From contig NC_058368.1 of NCBI RefSeq assembly GCF_018350175.1, positions 6,696,001-6,760,000 on the forward strand: 64,000 nucleotides of DNA, in the 5' to 3' direction. The notes beneath the pieces were generated by a model. That model was not told the origin of the DNA. It saw only the letters and a program-made list of their open reading frames with translations, and did not search any database. Below are positions 49,935 to 62,279 of this stretch, one piece after another. The number at the start of each line of letters is the position of its first letter. Within the stretch, counting starts at the first letter, position 1. The translations under genes and the position numbers were made by a program. Source of the stretch: Felis catus (Eukaryota).

Positions 49935-50065
49935 AACTTCGCCACTTGTAAAATGGGGGTGATACTTACATCTGCCTCACGGGATCCCGTTTGTGTGTGT
50001 GTGCGAGATAAGGCATAGAAAGCACTTAGCACTTAGCATGGAATATAGTAAATCCTATATTAACA
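49935..50065 (+). mobile_element. MIR 3' half
   Basis: TGTAAAATGGGGGTGATA..CTGCCTCACGGG..AAAGCACTTAGCAC. Confidence 0.7.
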
Positions 50066-50909
50066 TTTTCCATTAATACAAAATGATGGAAAAATTCCTC
50101 GGATGAGTTATGGCCCCTCCCAAAGTAACGGCTGTGGGTACTTGCGTGTGCCGCCCGCGTCTTCGGGAGGACTACGCCAGGCTCTCAGTACGTGTGGGCC
50201 GTGCCTCAGCATGAACAACTTTAGACGGGAGTCGTCAAGCCGGTGTTCAAACCACGGCTTTGCCACACAACAGCCTCCGTGACCTGGGGAGGAGACGCCC
50301 CACCTCCCTGAGAGAAGGATCCAAACTCAGAGTCTTTTAGGCTGGTGTGAAATGTACATGCTGCGTGTGAAACTCCCAGCCCCGCGCATCGCGCGCCTAG
50401 GAGGCACCAAATAAATTCTTTATTCCTGCTTCTCCATTTCTTCTCTCTCGTTTCATCCCTGCTCTGGACAGCGCATTTCCCGGCTCTTCCTGGGAAAAGG
50501 GTACCCGCCACGGTCTCTGACACGAAGGAATTAACTATCTCTTTCAAGAAACAAGAAATACCTGTTTGCCCAAAATGGGGACAAAGAATGCCAGATCCCA
50601 CTGTCGGGAAAGCCCTGAGTCCATAGCGCTCGAGGTACTGTTAGGTCTGAGTCACCACGCCAGGTGGCTCTGCCAGTCCCAGAAGGCAGCGGTGCTCTAC
50701 GGACGGGTGCAGCACAACCCAGGAGGTTATTTCTGTACTTTTCTGTATTCATCAGGAAATATTAACTGAACGTCCACCCCCCAGGCTTGTGCCCACCACC
50801 ACTGCCGGTCTCCGGGGAAGAAAGATGAAAATTCGCAGCAGTACACACAATGAAGATGCAGCCTCGATTCGCCTCTGTTTCCTGAACTCCCTTCAGAAAC
50901 CGCGCTACA

Positions 50910-51140
50910 GGGGCGCCTGTGTGGCTCTGTCGGTTAGGTGACCGACTTCGGCTCAGGTCGTGATCTCGCGGTTCGTGGGTTCGAGCCCCGCATCGGGCTC
51001 TGGGCTGACGGCTCGGAGCCTGGAGCCAGCTTCCGATTCTGTGTCTCGCTCTCTCTCTGCCCCTCCCCTGCTCATGCTCTGTCTCTCTCGGTCTCAAAAA
51101 TAAATAAACGTAAAAAAAAAAAAAGAAAGAAAGAAAGAAA
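50910..51140 (+). mobile_element. Can-SINE (SINEC_Fc-like)
   Basis: TSD AGAAACCGCGCTA / AGAAACTGCACTA, differing by two CpG transitions. Confidence 0.95.
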
Positions 51141-52568
51141 GAAAGAAACTGCACTAGAAACAGAAAGAAATTCCCAGTGAATTAAGTCTAAGTGACAGAG
51201 CGACATCTGCCAAGCACGTTCCTATCGTGTCCGGGACCCCGCTGCAGGTGCAAATTGACGGGGAAAACGCTGAACTCCCTGCCGTAGGGCTGGGTGTGAG
51301 GTGGACTGTGGAGTGATCCCAGGACGTGGGCTGGCGTGCGGTTTCCTCCTGTCTGCTGCCCAAATGCTAGACTAGGAAAATACCATCAAAATGTGCCAGT
51401 GAGAGTTCAAGGTCAAGGGCCAGGCTCAAGGTCCTTCTTTACGTGTCCTTGTCGCTTGCTCTACCCAAGTGCTCATCTGTGTGAAAAAATGTGCGATTGC
51501 TGCTTTGGGAAACACATCTCCTGATTCTGACATCAAAGGACATGTTGGGTGCCTTGCTTGGCTTCAAAGGTGAAGCCAATAAACATGGGTGATGTATGCA
51601 TCGTGGACAGAAATAATGCTCCCCGGAGCCTCTTTGTCCTCATTGCTGGCTGGTAAACTTTGTACTACACCTTGAAAAAAGGTGAACAGAGGCGCTCTGT
51701 TAAATGGATTCAAAAGCATCCTAAGTGTGAGATCATTGATAAGTTCTCGTACATAATATTTTAAGACAAAGCGATGAAATCATGAAGAAAAGCACTTCAA
51801 ATTTCAGGTTTTCCTCTCCACGGAGATTTGTTTTCCCACTGCTGGCAGCTGACATCCTTGTTTACCCTGAGTGTGGTAGGATTCATCATTCCCTGGGAAT
51901 GTGACGCGAGGTTTTCCCAGCACCAGCCCTCCCTCAGACAGGAGGAGGCTGGAAAACAGAGCAGGCAAGAGTTCATTCCGAAAATCAGTCTTGAAACAGG
52001 GATTAAAACCTAGACCTTCAGGTTATTCCAAATTGGTGAGGAAAAAGCTATTTACAGGCTGCAGTTAACCTCTGCTTTCCATCAGATGCTTCAAAATATA
52101 ACTGCTGTTTCAGATATATTGACATATCAGCACACTTAAAGTTATAAGTTTTTACCTACCAAACAGAAAAAACAGTGTTTAGGAATCATTTTTGGAAGCT
52201 CTAGAGAATTCTGCAAAGCGGTAGGATTTTTAGCTGCAGGATGAGACAGCCCTGGTTCTGTTCTGCTCCTTACGTACCAGCTTCCGCCCAGACAGGACCC
52301 ACAGATGTTTCATCCAGTCACACCAGCATGTGTGGAGAGTGAACATGGTCTCCACGGCCAAGAAAGACAATAAGCAACAAAGTATGAACCAGTCCGGGCA
52401 CCTGGACTCTGACCATTCCGTCCCCGGAAAGAAGACCAGTCCCCTCCTGTATCTCGGTTCCTTTTCTCTGATCCTGAGTTACCAGGTCTAAGTCTGAGAC
52501 CTTCCAAGATAAACAGAACCAGAGAGGTGCGTGGACAATGATGTAGACAGTGGCCCAAAAATGTTTTA

Positions 52569-52782
52569 GGGGCGCCTGGGTGGCTCAGTCAGGTAAGCGT
52601 CGGACTGTTGGCTTCGGCTCAGGTCATGATCTCAGAGTTCACGAGGTTGAGCCCCCCTCTCAGCGTGGGGCCAGTTGGGATTCTCTCTTGCATCCTCTCT
52701 CGGCCTCTCCCCTGCTCTCGCTCTCTCAAGATAAATTAACTGATTAAGAAAAAAAGACTAAAGAAATGTTTTAAAATGAAAA
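52569..52782 (+). mobile_element. Can-SINE with an internal deletion
   Basis: TSD AAATGTTTTA. Confidence 0.9.
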
Positions 52783-53437
52783 AGCAATTTGCATACCGTC
52801 ATAGAGTGTGGGTTTCTTTCTGCACAATGCTTATATGTTGTTACTGTATGCATCTGTGTATATTTAGAGTAAATTCTGGAAGAATATTGCCATAATGTAA
52901 CACAAGATTATTGTAAGAAAGTGAAGAAGAGCTTAAATTCTACTTTACTTTGATATTACATTGTTGATAATAAGTGTGTATTCTGAAGTCAGAAAAAATT
53001 ATTTTACTTTTAAGGAACAAACATGCAACATAAGTTCAAAGCTATCATTTCTACACATAATCAGACATATTTTATTAATGGCAGAATGAGAGACTAAAAA
53101 TAAGACTGTCTTTGCCCAGAGAAGTACGATCAAGGCCCCCATATCCCCATTTTTATGCCCCAAAGAATATAGGATAGTGAACAGGATCCGAATCATTTTT
53201 TTAGCTTTGACAGGAAGGCACTGAGCACATGAGGCAGAAGAGTTGAATAAATCCAATGTGGAAAATTACAAACCTGACCAGAATTCGTATCAGGGTTTCC
53301 AGTTAGTGCGAAGGTCAAGGCTGAACCCCAGCTCATTTTCCTCTTCTTTTTCCAAATAATATTGCGTAAAGTTACATTCTACTTTGTCATTCAGTTGCAA
53401 ATAGTAAGCGTTTCCCGACATTGTTAAAAATTCTCCA

Positions 53438-54148
53438 GCAATGAGTGTTGGGAAAGATGTGGAGAAAAAGGAACCCTCGCGTGTTGCTAGTGGGGCAGCT
53501 GTCGTGGACGAGAGTATGGAGGTTTTGCAAAATGTGAAAAATAAAAAGACCATGGGATCCAGTAATTCCACTACTGGGTATTTACCCAAAGAATATGAAA
53601 ACACTAATTTGAAAAGATACATGCAGGGGCGCCCGGGTGGCTCAGTCGGTTGAGCGTCCAACTTCAGCTCAGGTCATGATCTCGCGGCTCATGAGTTCAA
53701 GCCCTGTGTCGGGCTCTGTGCGGACAGCTCAGGGCCTGGAGCCTGCTTCCGATTCTGTGTCTCCCTCTCTCTCTGCCCCTCCCCCATTCTCTCTCTCTCT
53801 CTCAAAGATATATACACCCCTATGTCTATTGCAGCATTATTTACAATAGCCGAATTATGGAAGTGTCCAACCATAGATGAATGGATAAAGAAGATGTGGT
53901 ACCTATGTAGAATGGAAAATTAGCCATAAAAAAAGGAGATCTTGCCATTTGCAACATGGATGGATCTAGAGAGTATAACGCTGGGCGAAATAAGCCCGTC
54001 AGAGAAAGGCAAATACCATATGACTTCACTCATATGTAGAATTTAAGAAACAAAACAAACAAAGAAAAAAAAAAGAGACAAGGGGAAAAAAAACAGACTC
54101 TTAAACATAGAGAACAAACTGATGGTTACCAGTGGGGAGGTGGGGACA
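53438..54148 (+). mobile_element. Carnivore-type L1 3' fragment, split by a SINE
   Basis: GATGTGGAGAAAAAGGAACCCTC, GATCCAGTAATTCCACTACTGGGTATTTACCC and GAGAACAAACTGATGGTTACCAG. Confidence 0.9.
53626..53803 (+). mobile_element. Can-SINE lacking its AATAAA/poly-A tail
   Basis: TSD AAAGATACATGCA / AAAGATATATACA. Confidence 0.93.
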
Positions 54149-54528
54149 AAAAGAGGAAAATAATTCTTCAGAAACAGACTTTAGTAGCCATGTAATCAAC
54201 AACCATAATAGCTATGTAATAAACTTTATCTTGATTGATTTGGCCATGTGCCTATCGTTAGCCTTTTAGGTCTTTCATTAGCTATTAGAGAGAATCATGA
54301 TTTATCAATTCATTAATTGACTAATTTAAGGAATCATCTTTGCTCACTTCCCATAGACTAGTCACTGCGCAAGGCACTGGGGACACGACATCAACAGAGC
54401 AGTCTCCTGACTGATGGAGTTCGTGGCCTGGTTGCAAAGCATTAACCGACCAAAGGCCTGCACTGCTGTCCTGACCACTTTGCTGAGGAAGCGGAGTTTG
54501 ATGACAGGTTATAATTGGGAACCTGATT

Positions 54529-55175
54529 GCCCTCAGCTGAATTGTGTCCCCCCCCCCACACACACACACGCGTACGCTGATGTCCTGTCCCCTAGTCCCA
54601 CAGAACGGAATTCTAATTTGGAAATAAGATCATCGCGGAGGTAATTGAGACGAGGTCGTTTGGGTGGGGCCCTGATCCAATAGGATGGTGTGCTTAGAAA
54701 AAGGGGACATTTAGGGGCGCCTGGGTGGCGCAGTCGGTTAAGCGTCCGACTTCAGCCAGGTCACGGTCTCGCGGTCCGTGAGTTCGAGCCCCGCGTCAGG
54801 CTCTGGGCTGATGGCTCAGAGCCTGGAGCCTGTTTCCCATTCTGTGTCTCCCTCTCTCTCTGCCCCTCCCCTGTTCATGCTCTGTCTCTCTCTGTCCTAA
54901 AAATAAATAAACGTTGAAAAAAAAAATTTTTTTTTAAAAAGAAAAAGGGGACATTTGGATGCAGAGACACACAGGGGGAACGCCACACGAACACGAAGAT
55001 GACCACTTCCAAGCCAAGGAGAGGGAACTGTAGCCGACTCTCCCTCACGGCCTTCAGAAGGAACCACCCCTTCCGGTACCTTGACTGAAGACTTCTGGCC
55101 TCCAGAACTGGAGACAGTAGGGTTCCGCTGTTTAAGCCACCAGGTCTGTGGCACTTTGTTAGGGTAGCCCTAGAG
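54529..55175 (+). mobile_element. MaLR solo LTR (MLT1B-like), split by a SINE
   Basis: CTGAATTGTGTCCCCC, GGGCCCTGATCCAATA, GACTTCTGGCCTCCAGAACTG and TTTAAGCCACC. Confidence 0.85.
54714..54939 (+). mobile_element. Can-SINE (young SINEC_Fc-like)
   Basis: Perfect 17-bp TSD AGAAAAAGGGGACATTT at 54696-54712 and 54940-54956. Confidence 0.96.
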
Positions 55176-55377
55176 GGAGGCTTCTCGGAGGAAGTGACAT
55201 TTAGCTGTGACCCGACAAGGATAGAGGAAAGGAGAATGTGTCAAAATTAAGATGAGGGGCTTTACCGGCATTGGATGTTGGGGTGTATTATTTGGTCAAC
55301 AAGCAGGGAAGTGATGTGATCAGAGTGGTCCTTTTGTAGTCCAAGGTCCATGGAAGATAAGGGAAAGCACTCTGGCT

Positions 55378-55609
55378 GTTTTTTTGTTTTGTTTTAATTT
55401 TTTTTTTTTTAAGGTTCATTTATTTCTGAGAGAGAGACAGAGTAGAAGCAGGGGAGGGACAGAGAGAGAGGGAGACACAGAATCTGAAGTAGGCTCCAGG
55501 CTCCAAGCTGTCAGCACAGAGCCTGATGCGGGGCTCGAACTCACAGACCGCGAGATCACGACCTGAGCTGAAGTTGGACGCCCAACCGACTGAGCCACCC
55601 AGGTGCCCC
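55378..55609 (-). mobile_element. Can-SINE
   Basis: Reverse body; flanks AGCACTCTG / AGCACCCTG. Confidence 0.94.
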
Positions 55610-56269
55610 AGCACCCTGTTTTAAGCAGAAAGGAATCTAACCCAGGGAACTAGTTGCTCACAGATTATTGGAAGGGCTGGAGGAACAGCCTGGAGACTGG
55701 GCCCAGAGGAGGGATTCCTAGACCATCACCACAGAGCTTACCTGCCAGGGGAGCCCCTGCCTGTATTGCAGTCAGGGATCTGAGGGGCCAGGAAGGTGGG
55801 GCTGCGGCTGCTGCCTTCGAACACTCCAGGGGGGCAGCAATCCCATGTTCACGGCTTCGACCGTAGCTGCAGGGTCGACACTGCACCTCCTAGACCCACG
55901 CCTGTCTCTCCCTGGCTCGCTCCGCGCTGACCCACATGGTCCACCTGCAAATTTGACTTAAGCTGAGCCTCGACTTCCTCTGGAAGCCAAGATGCATGGG
56001 GTCTGGGAAATCGGGTGTTCAACTGTCCAGCCTCTGCAGGAGAGGAACGTACGGTGGGAGGAGGGTGGGACACGTGTCAAATACGCCAAAGTACTGCATC
56101 TTCTTTAAAAGATCCTCTGGCTGTCGTGTAGAAAATGGATCAGCAGGGGCAAAGGGGGAGGCGGGAGGCCAAGAGGAGGGCAGCGCCAGTGGTCAGGTGA
56201 GAGGCGACGGGCGGTCAGGTTACAAGGGCAGAGTGGGATGGCGGCACGAGGTCTAGGCCTCCTGACAGT

Positions 56270-56680
56270 CACATCCACGGGACGTGCTCTGGTCCGCTAG
56301 CCCTGCCTTCTCCTCTGGCCACATCTCTCTCTTGCCCTGATCTCTCCGTTCTTCCAGCTCCTTGAGCAGTATAAGCTTGCCCCTACCGTAGGGCCTTTGC
56401 ACAAGCTGTTTCCCCCACCTGGGCTGCACTGGGCTTTTGCATGACTGATTCCTTCTTATCAAAGCCCAGATTGAATCCTACACCCTCAGAGAGGCCTCCT
56501 CTGACCACCCATGCTCCGGCCCGTCTACACATCACATTGCCTGTTTGATTTTTTTTTAAGCATTGAAGGCTATGTGGTATGTTCTTGTGTGTGTGCCCTC
56601 TGAGCGGAGCCCCCATATGTCCCCTCATCTCTGTGTCTTCTGTGCCCAGAACGGTGCCTGGTATGCAGGTGACATTCACA
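56270..56680 (+). mobile_element. L2 relic
   Basis: GGGCCTTTGCACAAGCTGTTTCCC, CTCAGAGAGGCCTCCTCTGACCACCC and AGAACGGTGCCTGGTATGCAGG. Confidence 0.75.
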
Positions 56681-56859
56681 GGGGGCAACGGGATATGGGA
56701 GATGAGAGAGGGAAGAGCCAGGGTTCACACTCAGGTTGCTGGGCCGGACAACTGTGCAGATGACGCTGTCACCGAGATCTGAAGCAAAACGGGGACAGTG
56801 TTTGGGGAGAAGAAGAGCACGGAATTGAAGTTTTTGATATTTTAAGTTTGAAAAGCCTA

Positions 56860-57514
56860 CGTGGTAGACAGAGCAATGCCCCCCCACCATGGTGTCCACA
56901 TCCTAATCTGCAGAATCTATAACTCTGTGACCTTACACAGCAAAGATGCTCTGCAGGTGTGATTAAGGGCCTAGAGGGGCGCCTGGGTGGCTCAGTGGGT
57001 TAAGCATCCGACTTCAGCTCAGGTCACGATCTCACGGTTGGTGAGTTAGAGCCCCGTGTCAGGCTCTGTGTGGACAGCTCAGAGCCTGGAGCCTGCTTTG
57101 GATTCTGTGTCTCCCTCTCTCTGCTTCTCTCTCTCTCTCAAAAATAAACTTTAAAAAAAAATTTTTTTAAGTTAAAGACCTAGAGATGGGGATATCACCC
57201 AGGTGAGCCCAATGTAACCCAAAGATTCTTCTAAGAGGGAGGCAAGAAACTCATAGATAAACAAGGAGCTGTAGCCGCAGAAGCAGAGGTCGGAGCGACA
57301 GGAGGAAGTGGCAGGAGCTAGGAACACAGGCAGCCTCTGGAAGCTGGGAAGACACGGAAACAGATCCTCCCCTGAAGCCGCCAGAAGGATCCCGCGCTGC
57401 CAACGCCTTGATTTTAGACTTCCGACCTCCAGAACTGCAAGATAGTAAACCTGCGTTGTTTTAAGCCACTAAATTTGTGAGAATTTGTCACAGCGGCAAG
57501 AGAAAACGAAAACA
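56860..57514 (+). mobile_element. MaLR solo LTR (MLT1D-like) inside an L2 relic, split by a SINE
   Basis: GTGGTAGACAGA start, GTTGTTTTAAGCCACTAAATTTGTG..AAAACA end, 5-bp TSD GCCTA/GCCTG. Confidence 0.88.
56976..57170 (+). mobile_element. Can-SINE
   Basis: TSD TTAAGGGCCTAGA / TTAAAGACCTAGA. Confidence 0.95.
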
Positions 57515-57729
57515 GCCTGTAAAACACTCAATGTAGAGATGTCGAGTAGACAGTAAATAAATCTTTGTTTGCATCTCTGATTCTTTTCAGCAGTAGGAGA
57601 GTGAATCAAAGAGGTATTGTCCCATTCCGTCTTTTACATCCTCAGATACGTCATTAAACTCCTTTACCGACACGTCGTGCCAATGAGCTCTCTCATCAGG
57701 TATAGACAAGAAAGCCATCTCACCACACA

Positions 57730-57877
57730 TCATTATGTTTGCAAATCTGATAATCAAATCATAATAATAGCGTCATTCTGGTTTGCATTTCCTTTAACTG
57801 TTAGCGAAGCGAAACATTATTCATATCTTTATTAGCTGATGGTAATTTCCTCCTCTGAAAATTACCTATTTCATCTT
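57730..57877 (-). mobile_element. Old L1 fragment
   Basis: GTTTGCATTTCCTT...TTTCCTCCTCTGAAAATTACCTATT resembles a reverse L1 ORF2 3' region. Confidence 0.55.
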
Positions 57878-59429
57878 TTATTAGTTAGGATGACTTCATC
57901 CCAAGTAACAGAATACCTAACCTAAAAGTGGCTGAAACAACATAAGGTTCTTTAAAAATCTCGCATCGCCAACAGTCCGGGGTAGGCTGTTGGAACCTGG
58001 GTTGCACTTAAGGCGACCTGTGGGCTGTGGTCAAATGTTCCGCTTTCCGTAGCCCCCTCTGGACCATCTGCAGGGATCTGCCCCCAGTTCAAATTGCTTG
58101 GGCTTCTACAGCTACAGAAAAGATCGTCCACACATGTGTTTATTTCACCCCGGAAATGCCTGAAGGTCCTTCCCATAGGGGCGGGCACCTCCACTAGCCT
58201 GGAAGTTCCTTGGGAATCAGGATCGCATCCCCTACTCCGGGATCTCCCAAGCACCGAATCCTGGAGAGGCTTTTCCACCGTGGCACCATTTGCTATTATG
58301 ATAAAATTTCTTTGGTACCTTTTTACCCACTCACCATATCCTCGTACACACACTTTTTCATCTGTCAGTCTGTTGGGAAGCTGCCCGCAAAGCACCAGGG
58401 CCTCGAGGTCGGTTCCCAGGGCCCCACATCACACCTGGTCCCCGTGTCAGGGCTGGAAGATTCCTACAGCCTCTTGGGAGCTGGTGCGGAACAGGAACCC
58501 GGCCCGCTCCTTCATCCCCAACCAGCACACGGATGTTTTCTCTTCTTCGTCAGTCATTTGGGGCCGGTCTGACCTTTGAGTGTTTGTGATTCCAGAATAT
58601 TGGATGCCTGCCCGATCAACCTCAGATTACAAATCGGAATTCTCTGCCTCGTTGGAGTTGTTCTGCTCCCAAACAGAAGCTTTCCCAGGTCCTTTGACCT
58701 GGAGGCAGTGATTTTTTAAGCGATGGTGGACAAAGAGCATCTTTGAGACCCCTGTGTCGAACACGGTAGTTTCCTAGCTGGAACCTGTACGGAACATTTG
58801 TTCTCTGCCGCATGGATATTTGCAGTTCTGGGGACCAGTACCGGAAGATACATACAACTCCTTCGGTTAGGTTTTCCGTTAAACATTGGTGAGAAATGTT
58901 TAACAAGAACCAGTGACGAAAAGATAGATGGGTCTGGCGTTGTTGTTTAAGAGGGCAAGCCTTGGATGTCGCTCTCGCCTTCTGCTTTCGTCCTCTCCCC
59001 TGCGCCCTGGATCCAGAAGCCCGGTGGTCTGTGTATGGCTCCCATCAAATGGATGTTCGAGGTGGTCAACTCGGCAGTTCCGATCTTGGTAAGAAGCCAC
59101 CACGGATGAATTTAGCTGCCAAAACTCACGTCCTCCCAGCCGCATCCTCACCAAACCAGTCCCCAAACTTTGATGATTGTCTCCTCAGTGGCTCTCGGGT
59201 CTGTGCCCTCCACTCCATTCCTATCAATATGGCCCTAGGTAACTCTCCCTTCCTGTTACACTGGGATTACTACACAGGGTCCCCATCTGTCTCTCTCTCT
59301 CTCTCTCTCTCTCTCCTGACTGTTCTCGTGACTACTGAGGAAGGGACTGTGATATAGAACCATCTGTCTCCCAACCTCAACGGCACCCTCAGCACCCCTG
59401 GGTGCAAGGCTAGTTCTCAGCATTTTAAA

Positions 59430-59954
59430 TGTAGGTTTTATTATTATTCAGGCATTGTCAGGCCGACAGATGGGGGATGGCCGCCGCCGAAAAGACATTC
59501 TGTTAGTCACAGTTTCCAAGAGCAGGGGGCATGCCACACCAAGCGGGGAGGCCCTGGGTCACTCTGGATGCAAAGGGCAAAGGCAAAATGTGGGCAGGAG
59601 ACTTTACTGCGGTTTCTGGGAGAAGGAACAGTTGAGGCAGGGCAAAGGATCGGCTGGTTTGAGTCCTTTCAGCAGGCTCTGGGGGCCTAGGGCTGCCCCT
59701 ACTTGTCTGGTCCCTGGCCCTGGGGAGATTAGAGCAGGTGGCTGGGGGTCTTGAGAGTGAGCACTGTTAAAAGAGGTGGTGAGGTGTGCGGGGGCTCTAG
59801 ATTGGGTGGTTTGTGCGCAAAAAGTGAGCTCCTGGGCCTGTCTTTTGCTTTCCCTACGAATTAGCTAACACTGGGAGGGGTAGTCCCTCTCTGGTCAGCA
59901 GGGCTCTAGACGCCAAAACATCATGTGCAGACACCAGAAAGTGTGGTTAGTACA
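59430..59954. mobile_element. ERVL-type solo LTR (MER76-like)
   Basis: TG...CA termini; GTCACAGTTTCCAAGAGCAGGGGGCATGCCAC and GGGAGGGGTAGTCCCTC..GGTCAGCA resemble the recalled consensus. Confidence 0.65.
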
Positions 59955-60115
59955 GCCTAGAGTGCTCCTCCCTTCATTGTTGGCATAACTGATGGGCAGC
60001 ATGTCACGGCATAAGGCTCCAGAGGTTTCCATGTGGCCTCAGGTCAGCCAGGAAGCTTCCCTGAGCCTTGGTTCCCCATCTGTGGAGGTTCACGGGACGA
60101 GATGTGGGTGATGCT

Positions 60116-60348
60116 GGGGCACCTGGGTGGCTCGGTCGGTTGAGCATCCGACTCTGGCTCAGGTCTTGATCTCCCAGTTCGGGAGTTCGAGCCCCGCGTC
60201 GGGCTCTGTGCTGACAGCTCGGAGCCTGGAGCCTGCTTCGGATTCTGTGTCTCCCTCTCTCTCTGCCCCTCCCCCACTCATGCTCCGTCTCTCTCTCTCT
60301 CTCTCTCTGTGTGTGTCAAAAATTAATAAACATTAAAAAAAAAAAAAA
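60116..60348 (+). mobile_element. Can-SINE inside a MIR relic
   Basis: TSD AGATGTGGGTGATG / AGATGTGGGCGACG. Confidence 0.95.
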
Positions 60349-61714
60349 GATGTGGGCGACGTGGCCAGCACTCTTCTCGGTCTGTAATCGGCTCCGAGTG
60401 GATGTCAGTTTCCTCCTCTCCTGCCTTGTTTTTCCCAGAGACAGCTCAGTGTCCCTTCCTCACGACGTTCTCTGACCCCTCGGCCTGCGTCATTTGCTCC
60501 CCTCAAGCCCTGTGAGCACCTGTATTTCAGCACCTGTCCCCCTTGATCGGATGTGTCTATCCGTCTGTCTGGACGGGTCACTCTCTCGGGGCAGCAACGT
60601 GTCATCCAGATCTGAATCCCGACCACCCACCACAGGCCCCTAAGCTCCTGGCCACAAGGGCTTGCTCAGCAGACGTTTGGAAGGTAAGTGAATTCATCAT
60701 GGCTTTGTCTGCTGCCTCCCAAAGGAATGTTCCATGCGGGCCCCTCTGCGGTCAGACACTCGTGCTGCCGCATCCTGAGCCCCCGTACTTTCCTCTGCTC
60801 AAAGCCAGGCCAAGCCATTAGCACACTGGCACATCGGGCCAGGCAGGCACCAGCTGGAGGGGTGCAGCTCAGCTCAGGAGTTGATTTCCCAAGGGTACCC
60901 TCACATGTGTGCCCGCCACGTATGGCCCGAGTCTCCCGCTAATGAGGGGCAGGCACGGGCCCCGCCGTCCCCCCACCTCTGCCTCGCCCGTCGGGTCCCC
61001 CGGCTGCAGCCCGGACTCTGGCTCCGCTCGCACCCCTGGGAGCCCGCGCCTCGCCGGGGCCCCCACGCTGGGCCCAGCTTCAAGCCAGGCCGCTTCTGCT
61101 AAAAACCTCAGCTCACAAAAAACGGATGGCATTGACGCTGGCAAGGGAGACGGGGCACATTTCTCATCAGTGCTTCACAGGAAAGTGTCAGGAAATGCAC
61201 TGAGGCTCTCACCGCATAACTAGCAGACTGCTGTCCCGGCCCTGTCCTCATTAGGTTTTGTTACCCCTCCACTCGGCTTTCGAGAATGACAGCCGAATGA
61301 CAGCAGAGCCCCGAACAGCTTGGTGGCACTCACAGGCGCGGGCAGGCCGAGCGCGTTCGGCTCCGGGAGCCCTTCTCTGTGGGGTCTTCCGCTGGCTCAG
61401 CTGCCAGCTGGTTGCCTGGTGACATTTGTTCCGGGGAAAGAGAGCAGCTGCTTCTGACGTGTGCGCTCCCTGGAGGGCGCGGGGGAGGGACAGGAGGGTG
61501 ATACAGCTGCTGGGCCAGCAGGCCCCCTAATTCCCTCATCCCGCCCGGGCTGCAGGCCTTGTCAGCGCCTTGAAGGCCCGGAGCCCCGGGGGGAGCGGGA
61601 CACGGCGGCGAGCAGCAGGCCAGCAAAGCACGCTTCGTTCCATCTTCCAGAAACTTCTTCAGCGGTTGTGCCAGACAGAGGAGAGGTGTGGAGGGTACAA
61701 AGAATAAAAAAAAA

Positions 61715-61757
<43 letters not shown>

Positions 61758-62279
61758 CCTCAAGGCTGAATTGAGGACTCAGGTAAGCAGACACGCAAAG
61801 AAAAGGCGTGACACTAACCGCTCTAGGAAGTGCTCCTGATTCAACCCGGAGGGAGTCAGGTGGGCTTCCTGGTGGAGGTGATGCCTTTGCTGAGTCTTGA
61901 AGGAGACATGTTAGCCTGTGAATAAGTGGGAGGGGGAGAGACAGACCAGATTGTCCAAAAGAACAAGCAAGAGAGAAGGGGGCACCCCATGGCCAGAAAA
62001 CCGCACGAGCCAAAGAGTCACAAACCTCAGTCGGTAGATCCCAATGAGGTCGCAGCAACTATCTTAAGTGTTCAGATGTGAGAAAAATAACACCCAGCTA
62101 AAAGTGACTCGAGCCAGGGTTTTTCAGACTGCAGTATGCATGCAAATCACCAGGGATCTCGTGAAAATGAAGATACTGATAAAAAAATAAAACATACAAA
62201 AAATGTTTTTTTTCAAAAAATGAAGACACTGCTTGAGAAGATCTGGGGTGGAGGCTAGTTCATTAGAAATGCAGAATAT

